From: Caldisericota bacterium
GTDB taxonomy: Bacteria; Caldisericota; Caldisericia; B22-G15
Length of the DNA: 60,901 nucleotides
Reading direction: 5' to 3'
Assembly: GCA_029553255.1 (NCBI GenBank)
Contig: JAKPCM010000072.1
Coordinates: 1 to 60,901, forward strand
The notes beneath the pieces are model-generated. The model saw only the letters and a program-made list of their open reading frames with translations. It was not told the DNA's origin and ran no database searches. The stretch's first letter is position 1. Each line of letters begins with the position of its first letter. Both the position numbers and the translations under genes were made by a program. Below are positions 36,242-45,995 of this stretch, one piece after another.

Positions 36242-36479
36242 GTTGAATCATTATTATAAATTATAAAATGAACTTTTTTGTAATTCTATAATAAAATAAG
36301 TTTTTTTTCCTTATATTTCTCGACTACTCATTGAAAATTTATTTTAAATAATTAATCGCTAATATTTATTGGTATAATTTTAAACTTTTCAGGTTTTCAA
36401 TAATAATATTTTAATTTTAGCTCCGCACTTTTTTAATTTTAAGATTTGCTCTAAGAACTGCAAAAAGAATTGTCTTTAG

Positions 36480-37223
36480 TTAGTAGATAACTTTAAATAG
36501 AAATAAACCCTTGGATGAAATCTTTTTTTCACCAAGATAGTGTTTTTTTGAATTTAAAGCATCGATTAATAACTCACTTTTTAAATTTCTTCTCTCTATC
36601 TCAAGTAAAGCACCTATCATTCTTCTTATTTGGTGTCTTAAAAAGGATTTACCAGTTATTATAAAAAAAAGGAGATTGTTTTTATTTAAAAAACTGATGT
36701 CTAATATTTCCCTTATTGTTGAACCTTTTTCTCTTTCTTCCTCAGTTGTAAAACTTGAAAAATCTTTTTTACCTATAAAAAGGGCAATGTTTTCTTTCAA
36801 TCTATTGTAATCTATTTTATATGGAAACCATAAGGAATATCTACTTAATATTGGATTAGGAGTTTCAAAGGAATTGTTAACTATAAAAAAATAGATCTTT
36901 CCTTTTGAATCAAATCTTGATGAAAAATTCAAATCGACATCATCAATTTCTTTAACCCTTAAATCATCTGGTAATTTATTATTTAAAATTTTCTTTATAT
37001 TTTGAGTAGGTATTTTTGTATCAACTTTAAAATTTACAACTTGTCCTAAAGCATGAACACCTCTATCAGTTCTACTTGCAAAAGTTAAATCAATATCTTC
37101 GTTGAAAATTTTTTTTAAATATAAATTTAAAACTCCTTCAACTGTTCTTAAATTTTCATTTTTTTGAGAGCCATAAAAATTTGTACCATCATACATTAAT
37201 ATTAATTTGAGATTTTTTATCAT
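36480..37223 (-). CDS. truA: tRNA pseudouridine(38-40) synthase
   Basis: YDGTNFYGSQ, catalytic RTDRGVHA and GKSFLRHQIRRM motifs. Follows ecfT as in Firmicutes. Confidence 0.9.
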   Translation of the reverse strand: MIKNLKLILMYDGTNFYGSQKNENLRTVEGVLNLYLKKIFNEDIDLTFASRTDRGVHALGQVVNFKVDTKIPTQNIKKILNNKLPDDLRVKEIDDVDLNFSSRFDSKGKIYFFIVNNSFETPNPILSRYSLWFPYKIDYNRLKENIALFIGKKDFSSFTTEEEREKGSTIREILDISFLNKNNLLFFIITGKSFLRHQIRRMIGALLEIERRNLKSELLIDALNSKKHYLGEKKISSKGLFLFKVIY

Positions 37224-38017
37224 TTAATAAAAAGAAAGAGTGAACCAAAAATTATAATGAAAATAAGAAATATTGTATCAATATTTTTCCATGTTAACCT
37301 TTTCATATATGTTCTTTTTTTTCCTGGCTGAAAACATCTTACTTCCATTGCTATAGCCAATTCTTCTGCTCTTCTAAATGAAGAAACAAATAGTGGCACA
37401 AGTATAGGAATCAAACTTTTTGCTCTTTTTATTAAATTTCCTTCATCAAATGATGCACCTCTACTTACTTGTGCGACAATTATTCTATCTGCCTCTTCTA
37501 CAAGAACAGGAATGAATCTCAACGCAATTGTTATCATCATTATAATTTCTGTTGATGGAAATTTTAATTTTTCTAAGGGTAGAGATAAAAATTCAAGACC
37601 TTTTGTTAATTCAAGAGGTGATGTTGTAAATGTTAAAAGTGAAGAAATCATTATTAAAATTATAAGCCTTGAACCTATAAAAATTCCTTTATTTAAACCT
37701 TCTTTTGTTAATTTAAGAAAAAATATTTTAAAGATGGTTTCACCTGGAGTAAAAAAGAAGTGGAAAAAAAGTGTTATTATTAAAAGCATTAATATTGGTT
37801 TTAATCCTTTTAAAATAGATTTAATTGGTATTTTAGAGATAATTATAAAAGATAAAACCAATAAAAATATTGGAATAAATGAAAAAAGTGATTTGTAAAA
37901 AAATATTATGATCATTAAAAAAAGAAAAGACAATATTTTATTTCTTGGATCAAGTGAATAGAGTAAACCATTCCCTGGAAAATATTGCCCAATTACTAAA
38001 GAATCCTTCCCGATCAT
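37220..38017 (-). CDS. ecfT: ECF transporter transmembrane (T) component
   Basis: 265 aa. CbiQ-like, with ARG/ALRFIP...AQVSRGA coupling helices. Confidence 0.85.
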   Translation of the reverse strand: MIGKDSLVIGQYFPGNGLLYSLDPRNKILSFLFLMIIIFFYKSLFSFIPIFLLVLSFIIISKIPIKSILKGLKPILMLLIITLFFHFFFTPGETIFKIFFLKLTKEGLNKGIFIGSRLIILIMISSLLTFTTSPLELTKGLEFLSLPLEKLKFPSTEIIMMITIALRFIPVLVEEADRIIVAQVSRGASFDEGNLIKRAKSLIPILVPLFVSSFRRAEELAIAMEVRCFQPGKKRTYMKRLTWKNIDTIFLIFIIIFGSLFLFIK

Positions 38018-38889
38018 TTCAGGTTCCTTATAATTTCTTTTTTTGCAACTTCAACATCTCTAAATGGTTCTTCAATATCAAAGCCCTCTTTTTTTAGTTC
38101 TTCACCAAGCATAAATATTTCTGGAATAGAAAGATCAAATTTTTCTATACTATCTTTATCTTTAAAAATAGATACTGTATCTCCTCCAAAAACCACTTTA
38201 CCTTTATTTAAAATATATACTCTATCAACTAAAAATAGTACATCCTCCATAGAGTGTGAAACTAAAATAATGGTTACATTTTTATCATTTTTCAATCTTT
38301 TAATGAGTTTTAATATTTCCTCTCTACCCAATGGATCTAATCCACTTGTGGGTTCATCAAGAACAAGAATTTTAGGTTTCATTGATAAAGTTGAAGCAAT
38401 TGCAACTCTTCTTTTTTCTCCGCCAGATAAAGAAAAAGGAGATCTATTTAAATAACCTTCATTCAAACCAACTTCAATTAAAGATGTTAAAACTCTTTCA
38501 TCAATCTCTTCTTTTGTTAATCCAAGATTTTTTGGACCAAAAGAAACATCTTCATAAACTGTCTCTGCAAAAAGTTCATCCTCAGGGAATTGAAAGACTA
38601 TTCCAACTATTCTCCTTAAATTTTTCAAAAATTTTTTATCATTATTTATTTTCTCGCTAAATACTTTTACTTCACCACTCTCTGGCATCAATATCCCATT
38701 AAGATGCTGAATTAATGTAGATTTACCACTTCCTGTATGACCCAAAATACCAATTGCTTCACCTTCGTAAACTAACATATTTACAGAAACAAGTGCTTCT
38801 TTTTCATAAGGTAAACCCTTTGAATATGTATATTTTAAATCTTTGACTTCAACTGCAATATTTCTTTCTTGATTTCCTCTAATTTCCAT
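38014..38889 (-). CDS. ecfA2: ECF transporter ATPase A2
   Basis: GHTGSGKST, LSGGEKRRVAIA and LVLDEPTSGLD motifs. The 5' 55 nt overlap ecfA1, so the start is uncertain. Confidence 0.85.
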   Translation of the reverse strand: MEIRGNQERNIAVEVKDLKYTYSKGLPYEKEALVSVNMLVYEGEAIGILGHTGSGKSTLIQHLNGILMPESGEVKVFSEKINNDKKFLKNLRRIVGIVFQFPEDELFAETVYEDVSFGPKNLGLTKEEIDERVLTSLIEVGLNEGYLNRSPFSLSGGEKRRVAIASTLSMKPKILVLDEPTSGLDPLGREEILKLIKRLKNDKNVTIILVSHSMEDVLFLVDRVYILNKGKVVFGGDTVSIFKDKDSIEKFDLSIPEIFMLGEELKKEGFDIEEPFRDVEVAKKEIIRNLK

Positions 38890-39662
38890 AATTTAATGTC
38901 AATGTTAAAATTTTCTTTTTTAATTAAATACGATAGATAAGTAAAAACTGGCGGAGATAAACCTACTGATCTAATCTTTTCCACCTCTGTAAAAACCTCT
39001 TCTGGATTACCTTCTAAAAAAATTTCTCCATCGTTTAAAACAAGAACTCTATCTCCAAGAATAGCCTCTTCCATTCTATGCGTTATTAAGATAATTGTTA
39101 TACCTTTTTTATTTAACTTTTTAATAAGCTCAATAACATCCTTTCTACCTTTGGGATCAAGAAGAGAAGTAGGTTCATCAAGTACAAGATATTGAGGTTC
39201 CATAACCAATATTCCAGCAATAGCAAGTTTTTGTTTTTGTCCGCCAGACAAAAAATTTGGAGGGAATTTTCTAAATTCAATCAAACCAACTTCATTTAAT
39301 ACATCATCTATTTTTTCTCTTATCTCTTCTTCACTATAGTTTAGATTTTCAAGACCAAAAGCAACGTCTTCCTCAACTATTTGTGAAACAATTTGATTAT
39401 CAGGGTTCTGAAAAACCATTCCTATTTTTTTTCTTATGTCAAGATAATCAATTTCCATTTTTGGCTTTTTATCTATGAGAACTTCACCTTCTGTCGGTTC
39501 AAGTATAAAAGAAATTAATCTGCCAAGAGTAGATTTTCCAGAACCATTTCTGCCAATAATAACTAAAAATTCACCCTTATTAACAATTAAGTTGATGTTT
39601 TTAATAACATCAACTTTTTCAGGTAAATAATATGAGAACGAAACATTTTTTAATTCAATCAC
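38835..39662 (-). CDS. ecfA1: ECF transporter ATPase A1
   Basis: GRNGSGKST, LSGGQKQKLAIA and LVLDEPTSLLD motifs. Confidence 0.85.
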   Translation of the reverse strand: MIELKNVSFSYYLPEKVDVIKNINLIVNKGEFLVIIGRNGSGKSTLGRLISFILEPTEGEVLIDKKPKMEIDYLDIRKKIGMVFQNPDNQIVSQIVEEDVAFGLENLNYSEEEIREKIDDVLNEVGLIEFRKFPPNFLSGGQKQKLAIAGILVMEPQYLVLDEPTSLLDPKGRKDVIELIKKLNKKGITIILITHRMEEAILGDRVLVLNDGEIFLEGNPEEVFTEVEKIRSVGLSPPVFTYLSYLIKKENFNIDIKLWKLEEIKKEILQLKSKI

Positions 39663-40015
39663 TCTTTAACAAGCTCGAGTATCACTAATTTTGCTCCGTC
39701 CCCTCTCCTTTCTCCCAAGTTAACTATTCTTGTATATCCTCCATCTCTCCCCTCAAATTTATTCTTTATCTCTTCGAGATGTTTTCCTGCCTCTTTAGAT
39801 AGCAAATAAGAGTAAATCAATTTTTTTGAATGTAAATCGTCCTTTTTTGCAAGTGTAATTATTTTATCTGCTATTTTTTTTGTTTCTTTTGCTCTCTGTT
39901 CAGTAGTTACTATTCTCTCTTTTAAAATAAGTGAAGTAACAAGATTCCTTAACATCATCTGCCTATGAGAAGGATATCTATTTAATTTTCTATAACCCAT
40001 TTTATGCCTCATCAT
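39659..40015 (-). CDS. rplQ: 50S ribosomal protein L17
   Basis: MRHKMGYRKLNRYPSHR... hallmark N-terminus. Confidence 0.95.
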   Translation of the reverse strand: MMRHKMGYRKLNRYPSHRQMMLRNLVTSLILKERIVTTEQRAKETKKIADKIITLAKKDDLHSKKLIYSYLLSKEAGKHLEEIKNKFEGRDGGYTRIVNLGERRGDGAKLVILELVKE

Positions 40016-41129
40016 TACTCTCCTTTCTTAAAGATAAATTCCATTTTTTAAGTTTACTTTCAATCTTTTTAGCAACCTTTTGTGAGAGATTGAATTTATC
40101 TGACATCAAATCTTTCATAGATAAATTGACTAAATCTTTTAAAGTTTTTACTCCTCCAAGTTTTAGTACATTTAAATCTTCCATAGAAATTGATAGTTCT
40201 GATGCTAATTCTTCAATATTTCTTTCCAAAAATGTTTCCTCTTCCTTTTCTTCACTATATGATTTTAATATCTCTTCAATTTCTTCTATATATTTATCAC
40301 CAATACCTTTAATTTCTTTCAAACCGCCAGAAAGCAGCTCCTTTTTTAATACATTTACACTATTTATTCCTTCATTTAAAAGTATCTTTTTTATTCTGCT
40401 TGATAAAGGTAAAAGCTCAATACCCACTTCTTTCTTTTCTTCTTCTACCTTCAAATCTCCAATAATATCCATATAATAATTGACTATTTTGACTCCATCT
40501 CTTAAAGTTTCTCTTGGTGATAGTGAACCATTAGTAAAAATTTCTAATGTTAGTTTTTCTCTTTTTGGAAAAGGAGCTACATCAGATGATGAAACTTCAA
40601 AATTCACCTTTTTAACTGGTGAGAAGTTAGTATCAATAAAAATTGTATTAATCGGAAATCCTGGTTCTTTATTTTCTGATTCAAGTAAATATCCAAACCC
40701 TCTTTTTATATGAGCAACCATTTCAACTTCACCTTTTTTATCAGTTATTGAAAAAAGATGTAAGTCTGGATTAATTATTTCTATATTTGGATTTGGGTCA
40801 AAATCTCCTGCTTTTACATCTTTTTCACCTTTAACAAAGAGGTGAATTTTATCTCTATCAAGATTTCCTCTTATAACAATCTGTTTAATATTATAAATGA
40901 TTTCAGGAATATCTTCATAAACATTATCAATAGTGGAAAATTCATGAGAAATACCTTTTATCTCAATTGCATAAATACCACAACCTATTATTGATGAAAG
41001 AAGTATTCTCCTTAAGAGGTTTCCAATTGTAATACCATAACCTTTATAAAGAGGATCAAGAATAATTTTTAGATAGCTATTAGTTTCTTCAAATAATTTA
41101 ATTTTTGGTTTCCCAGCAAGGTAATCCAT
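40002..41129 (-). CDS. rpoA: DNA-directed RNA polymerase alpha subunit (375 aa, extended C-terminus)
   Basis: NTD GYGITIGNLLRRILLSS. The C-terminal region has two HhH-type CTD-like modules. Operon position is rpsD-rpoA-rplQ. Confidence 0.95.
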   Translation of the reverse strand: MDYLAGKPKIKLFEETNSYLKIILDPLYKGYGITIGNLLRRILLSSIIGCGIYAIEIKGISHEFSTIDNVYEDIPEIIYNIKQIVIRGNLDRDKIHLFVKGEKDVKAGDFDPNPNIEIINPDLHLFSITDKKGEVEMVAHIKRGFGYLLESENKEPGFPINTIFIDTNFSPVKKVNFEVSSSDVAPFPKREKLTLEIFTNGSLSPRETLRDGVKIVNYYMDIIGDLKVEEEKKEVGIELLPLSSRIKKILLNEGINSVNVLKKELLSGGLKEIKGIGDKYIEEIEEILKSYSEEKEEETFLERNIEELASELSISMEDLNVLKLGGVKTLKDLVNLSMKDLMSDKFNLSQKVAKKIESKLKKWNLSLRKESNDEA

Positions 41130-41137
41130 ATTGTCTC

Positions 41138-41764
41138 CTACTTTGAATAAAACTCTACAATAAGCTCTTCTTTTATAGGAGTATCTATCTGATCTCTTGT
41201 TGGATTTGAATTTACTGTAATTGAGAATTTTTCATAATCTGTAGATAGCCAACTTGGAATCAAGGGTTGATTTTCAATTGCTTGAAGAACTTGTGGAATA
41301 TTCCTTGCTTTTGCTTTTAAAGTTATAACATCATTTGGTTTAACCTGATAAGATGGTATATTAACAGTTTTATTGTTAACCATTACATGACCATGATTTA
41401 CAAGTTGTCTTGCAGACGACCTTGACACTGCAAGTCCACCTCTGAATATTGTATTATCAAGTCTTCTTTCAAGGATTTCTAAAAGCTTGTCACCTGTTGG
41501 TATTGTTCTTTGCGCATTAGCTTTTTCAAAATATAATTTAAATTGTTTTTCCATTACTCCATAAATCTTCCTTAATTTTTGTTTCTCCCATAAATGTAAA
41601 GCATAATCAGATGCTTTTCCTCTTCTTCTCATTCCTTGCATACCAGGAGGGGAGAATTTTTTCTCAAGAGCACATTTTGAAGAATAACATCTCTCACCTT
41701 TTAAATAAAGTTTAATACCAAGTCTTCTACAAACTCTACATTTTGGCTTAGATTGTTTTGCCAT
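41138..41764 (-). CDS. rpsD: 30S ribosomal protein S4 (Cys4 form)
   Basis: CRVCRRLG...CYSSKC and the S4 domain LDNTIFRGGLAVSRSSARQLVNHGHV. Confidence 0.95.
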   Translation of the reverse strand: MAKQSKPKCRVCRRLGIKLYLKGERCYSSKCALEKKFSPPGMQGMRRRGKASDYALHLWEKQKLRKIYGVMEKQFKLYFEKANAQRTIPTGDKLLEILERRLDNTIFRGGLAVSRSSARQLVNHGHVMVNNKTVNIPSYQVKPNDVITLKAKARNIPQVLQAIENQPLIPSWLSTDYEKFSITVNSNPTRDQIDTPIKEELIVEFYSK

Positions 41765-41776
41765 TTATTTTCCTCC

Positions 41777-42151
41777 TTAAACTCTCCTTCTTTTTGGCGG
41801 TCTGCATCCATTATGAGGTATCGGAGTTATATCTTTTATAGATTTCACAATAATTCCACCAGTTTGAATTGATCTTACAGCAGTTTCTCTACCTGGACCC
41901 GGACCTTTTACAAATACATCTGCAAATTTAGCACCCATTGAAGCTGCCTTCTTTGCAATATTTTCACTTGCAATTTGTGCTGCAAAAGGAGTACCTTTTT
42001 TAGTTCCTTTAAAACCACTTGTACCAGCAGAACCCCATGATATAACATTACCTTGTTTATCTGTTATTGTTATTAATGTATTGTTAAAAGTAGAATTTAT
42101 ATAAACATTCACATTCTCATCTACCCTTTTTTTCTTTTTACTCTTTGCCAT
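41777..42151 (-). CDS. rpsK: 30S ribosomal protein S11
   Basis: ...[14 protein letters not shown]...[13 protein letters not shown]. Confidence 0.95.
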   Translation of the reverse strand: MAKSKKKKRVDENVNVYINSTFNNTLITITDKQGNVISWGSAGTSGFKGTKKGTPFAAQIASENIAKKAASMGAKFADVFVKGPGPGRETAVRSIQTGGIIVKSIKDITPIPHNGCRPPKRRRV

Positions 42152-42162
42152 TAAAACCTCCT

Positions 42163-42525
42163 TTATTTAGTACCGATAGTTTTCCTTGGACCTTTTCTTG
42201 TTCTTGCATTAGTCCTTGTTCTCTGTCCTCTAACTGGTAAACCTCTCTTGTGCCTATATCCTCTATAGCAATTCATATCTACAAGCCTCTTAATATTGGA
42301 AGAAACTTCTTTTCTTAAATCCCCTTCAACCTTATAATTTTTTGGGATATAATCATTTAATTTTTGTATCTCATCTGGAGATAAATCCTTGACTTTTTTA
42401 TCTTCCTTGATATTCAAATTCTTTATTATATCTTTAGCGCTTTTCAAACCAATACCATAGATATATGTTAATGCTATATCTAAATTTTTGTTTTTTGGCA
42501 AATCAACTCCTACAATTCTTGCCAC
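42163..42525 (-). CDS. rpsM: 30S ribosomal protein S13
   Basis: [13 protein letters not shown]...[23 protein letters not shown]. Confidence 0.95.
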   Translation of the reverse strand: MARIVGVDLPKNKNLDIALTYIYGIGLKSAKDIIKNLNIKEDKKVKDLSPDEIQKLNDYIPKNYKVEGDLRKEVSSNIKRLVDMNCYRGYRHKRGLPVRGQRTRTNARTRKGPRKTIGTK

Positions 42526-42535
42526 TCTTTACCTC

Positions 42536-42649
42536 CTAACCTTGTCTTTGTTTATGTTTGGGATTAGAGCAAATCACCATTACTCTTCCCCTTCTTTTAA
42601 TAATTTTACATTTAGGACAAATCTTTTTTACTGAAGATCTAACTTTCAT
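42536..42649 (-). CDS. rpmJ: 50S ribosomal protein L36 (Zn form); absent from the ORF track because it is under 60 aa
   Basis: Hand translation gives [46 protein letters not shown]. Lies between infA and rpsM. Confidence 0.9.
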   Translation of the reverse strand: MKVRSSVKKICPKCKIIKRRGRVMVICSNPKHKQRQG

Positions 42650-42659
42650 CGTTCCTCCT

Positions 42660-42878
42660 TTAAGAGATTCTATAAACTATTCTTCCCTGGGAGGGATCAT
42701 ATTTACTTATTTGTATTCTAACCCTATCTCCAGGAATTACTCTTATTGAGTTTAATCTCATTTTTCCACTTACAAATGCTTTAATGACTTTACCATTTGG
42801 TAATTTAACTCTAAAATGCATATCAGGAAGAGCTTCAACAACAATACCTTCAATTTCTATATACTCTTTATCTTTCAT
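42660..42878 (-). CDS. infA: Translation initiation factor IF-1
   Basis: 72 aa. [17 protein letters not shown]...GKMR...I..GD.V pattern. Confidence 0.95.
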   Translation of the reverse strand: MKDKEYIEIEGIVVEALPDMHFRVKLPNGKVIKAFVSGKMRLNSIRVIPGDRVRIQISKYDPSQGRIVYRIS

Positions 42879-43635
42879 TTTGTTTACCTGGTAAAGTTAA
42901 GATTGAAGGACCATTATTAGTTATAACAACTGTATGCTCAAAATGAACAGAAATTTTTCCGTCTTTTGTTTTCACTGTCCAACCATCATTTGCGACATAG
43001 ACATCTCCTTTTCCCATACATATCATTGGTTCAATAGCAATTACCATTCCTTCCTTTAAAATTGGACCATTATCTTTTGACCCAAAATTTGGAACTTCTG
43101 GTTCCTCATGTAACTTCTTGCCTACTCCGTGACCAATAAATTCTTTTACAACAGAATATCCATTTTTTAAAGCATTTGTTTCAATTGTATTTGATATATT
43201 CCCGATTCTATTTCCAATCGTTGCTTCAGAAATTCCTTGAAAAAGAATTTTTTCTCCTGTTTCAAGTAATTTTCTTTTCTCATCATCAACTTCTCCAACT
43301 GGAACAGAATAAGCCATATCAGTATAATAACCTTTGTAGATAATTCCTATATCAATAGAAACAACATCTCCCTCTTTAAAAACTTTCTCTTTAATTGGAA
43401 AACCATGAATAACTTCATCATTAATAGATACACATATAGAATATGGATATCCTCTATAACCTTTAAAAGCTGGTTTTGCATTATAATTTTCCATCAATTC
43501 TTCTGCCAGAATGTTTAAATAGGATGATTCAACTCCTTCTTTAACTTCTTTTAGTAAATCAGATAAAATATTATAAAGGATTGATCCACCTTCTCTCATA
43601 ATTTCAATTTCTCTTTTACTTTTTAATATAATCAT
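42868..43635 (-). CDS. map: Type I methionine aminopeptidase
   Basis: Metal ligands in the contexts VSIDIG, YTDMA, GHGVG, IEP and FEHT. Confidence 0.92.
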   Translation of the reverse strand: MIILKSKREIEIMREGGSILYNILSDLLKEVKEGVESSYLNILAEELMENYNAKPAFKGYRGYPYSICVSINDEVIHGFPIKEKVFKEGDVVSIDIGIIYKGYYTDMAYSVPVGEVDDEKRKLLETGEKILFQGISEATIGNRIGNISNTIETNALKNGYSVVKEFIGHGVGKKLHEEPEVPNFGSKDNGPILKEGMVIAIEPMICMGKGDVYVANDGWTVKTKDGKISVHFEHTVVITNNGPSILTLPGKQNER

Positions 43636-44263
43636 CTATAACTCTCTTTATATCATTAAAAACTTCAAATATTTCCTTTTCGCCATCTATCTCATAAAGA
43701 ATATTTTTGTTCCTGTAATATTCAATAACTGGTTCTGTATTTTCTTTGAACTCCTCTATTCTTTTTTTTACAATTTCAATTTTATCGTCTTCTCTTTGTA
43801 TAAGTTTTTCTCCATCAAAATTACATATTTCATCTTTTTCAGGTTTATCAAAATAGATGTTATATATCTTTCCACATTCAGGGCATATTCTTCTACCTGT
43901 TAATCTTTTTATAATATTTTCCTCTGAAACAATAATTGAAAACACAATATCTAATTTTCTATTTAAATTGTTAACAAAATTTTCAAACTTTTCAGCTTGA
44001 TAGATTGTTCTTGGATAACCATCTATAACAAAACTATCTAAATTTTTAATTTTATCAAAAACAATTTGATTTACAAGTTCATCATTTACAAGTTTTCCAT
44101 CATTAAGTATCGATTTGACTTTCAAACCTAATTCTGTGTTGTTTTTGATATTTTCTCTAAAAATATCGCCTGTTGAAATATAAGGAATATTATAATTCTT
44201 CATTATTAGTTTACCTTGAGTTCCTTTACCAGTCCCAATATTTCCAAGCATAACTATAATCAT
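43616..44263 (-). CDS. adk: Adenylate kinase (Zn-lid form)
   Basis: GNIGTGKGTQ P-loop. Lid CPECG...CNFDG. Confidence 0.92.
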   Translation of the reverse strand: MIIVMLGNIGTGKGTQGKLIMKNYNIPYISTGDIFRENIKNNTELGLKVKSILNDGKLVNDELVNQIVFDKIKNLDSFVIDGYPRTIYQAEKFENFVNNLNRKLDIVFSIIVSEENIIKRLTGRRICPECGKIYNIYFDKPEKDEICNFDGEKLIQREDDKIEIVKKRIEEFKENTEPVIEYYRNKNILYEIDGEKEIFEVFNDIKRVIDDYIKK

Positions 44264-45531
44264 TTCAACAAACCTTCATAATGACGCATTTTTACATAGG
44301 CATCTATCTGTCGGACAGTTTCAAGTGCTACTCCAATTATGATCAAAATAGATGTCCCACCAAAATAAAAAGCGCTAATTTTTGTAGCTCCAAAGAAAAA
44401 GTTAGGAACAATTGCAATTAGACCAAGAAGAATAGAAGACGGAAAAGTAACTCTATTAATAATTTTTGCTATATAATTTTTCGTTGCTTCTCCTGGTCTT
44501 ACGCCTGGTATAAAACCACCCCATTTTTTTAAATTTTCTGAAAGTTCTTCTGGATTGAAAGATATTTCAGTATAAAAATATACAAAGAAAACTACAAGTA
44601 AAAAGAAAATTAAATTATACCACAATGAATTTGAAGTTGTTAATGCTTTACCGACATTGTCTATCCATGTCCCGGGAAAAAATTGTCCTATTGTAGCTGG
44701 AAAAGTTAAGAAGGCTGATGCAAATATTATTGGTAATATACCAGATTGAATAAGTCTTATAGGTATAAAAGTTGATTGACCTCCATACATTTTTCTTCCG
44801 ACTATTCTTTTAGCATATTGAACAGGTATTCTTCTTTCAGATTGATATAGATAGAGAATAGCAAGCAATATTAAAAGAAGTCCAACAATTGTAATTATAA
44901 TTTGTGTTAAAGTGACTCCACCAGTTTTTCCATACAGTCTAACAATCTCACTTATGCCTACAGGTATTCTACTTATAACACCAGCAAATATTATAAGTGA
45001 TACTCCATTACCAATACCCTTTTCTGTAATTATTTCACCAAGCCAAAATAAAACATATGTTCCTGCTATAAGAGTAAAGACAATTGTTGCTTGAGATAAA
45101 ATACCTTTTGCAGTAACATATCCCTGATTAGTAAAAGTTATAAGAAGTGCACCTGCTTCTATAAGAGCAAGGAAAAAGGTTAAATATTTTGTCCAAATAG
45201 CAATTTTTCTCCTTCCCTCTTCTCCACCCTCTTTCATTAATTCTTCAAGTTTTGGAAAAATTGATCCTGCGAGTTGCATTATGATTGATGCATTAATATA
45301 TGGAAAAACACCAAGAGCAAAAATTGAAAAGTTTGAAAGTCCACCCCCAGCAAAAATATCAATTAAACTGAGTAGTCCCCCCTGGGCTATTGCTTCTTTT
45401 AATAAATCTCTATTAACTCCAGGAACTGGAATAAATGTACCCAATCTAAACAAAGCAAAAATAAAAAGCGTGAACAAAATTCTTGTTCTTAATTCTTTTA
45501 TTTTTAGCGCATTTTTTATAAGATTCCACAT
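44260..45531 (-). CDS. secY: Preprotein translocase subunit SecY
   Basis: 423 aa, 10 TM. LFALGVFPYINASII and GIGNGVSLIIFAGV motifs. Confidence 0.95.
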   Translation of the reverse strand: MWNLIKNALKIKELRTRILFTLFIFALFRLGTFIPVPGVNRDLLKEAIAQGGLLSLIDIFAGGGLSNFSIFALGVFPYINASIIMQLAGSIFPKLEELMKEGGEEGRRKIAIWTKYLTFFLALIEAGALLITFTNQGYVTAKGILSQATIVFTLIAGTYVLFWLGEIITEKGIGNGVSLIIFAGVISRIPVGISEIVRLYGKTGGVTLTQIIITIVGLLLILLAILYLYQSERRIPVQYAKRIVGRKMYGGQSTFIPIRLIQSGILPIIFASAFLTFPATIGQFFPGTWIDNVGKALTTSNSLWYNLIFFLLVVFFVYFYTEISFNPEELSENLKKWGGFIPGVRPGEATKNYIAKIINRVTFPSSILLGLIAIVPNFFFGATKISAFYFGGTSILIIIGVALETVRQIDAYVKMRHYEGLLK

Positions 45532-45535
45532 ACAA

Positions 45536-45994
45536 TCACCTCAATAAAGTTACTTTTCCATTAACTTTTTCAATTTTTTCTTTAGCTTTTTTACTAAATC
45601 CGTTAGCTTCAAAATTAAGTGGAAAATCTATCTCACCTTCTCCAAGTATTTTAAGAAAACCTACTCTTTTTTTAATCAATCCTTTTTCTTTAAGAGATTC
45701 AAGGTTTACTATTTCTCCTTCTTTATAATATTTGACAATGTCTCTTAAATTAAAAGTAGCAATTTCTTTAAAATTTTTATGTGATTTATTTTTTAAACCT
45801 TTAAGGTGTGGTAATCTTTTGTATATTGGAGTTTGACCACCCTCAAACCAATCTTCTTTTCCTCTGCCACTTCTTGATTTCTGTCCTTTGTTACCATAAC
45901 CACAATTTTTTCCTGAACCTGAACCCGAACCTCTTCCTACTCTTACTCTCTTCTTATTAGGATATGGATTAACTAAACTATTAAGCTTGTACAT
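45536..45994 (-). CDS. rplO: 50S ribosomal protein L15
   Basis: RVGRGSGSGSGKNCGYGNKGQKSRSG. Confidence 0.95.
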   Translation of the reverse strand: MYKLNSLVNPYPNKKRVRVGRGSGSGSGKNCGYGNKGQKSRSGRGKEDWFEGGQTPIYKRLPHLKGLKNKSHKNFKEIATFNLRDIVKYYKEGEIVNLESLKEKGLIKKRVGFLKILGEGEIDFPLNFEANGFSKKAKEKIEKVNGKVTLLR

Positions 45995-45995
45995 T

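Noticed and set aside
36242-36479. 238-bp gene-free spacer between convergent genes, with a TGgTATAAT extended -10 at 36370-36378 that could drive a small or antisense RNA
   Set aside because: There is no convincing -35, no downstream hairpin or terminator and no conserved-looking structure. Such hexamers are expected by chance at this AT content. It would only become interesting with RNA-seq evidence.
37512-37898. 128-aa plus-strand ORF inside ecfT, plus similar antisense ORFs at 16423-16839, 40090-40476, 46217-46597, 22702-22989 and elsewhere
   Set aside because: Each lies fully inside a gene with clear family motifs on the other strand. Composition is biased and there are no start signals, so these are AT-rich shadow ORFs.
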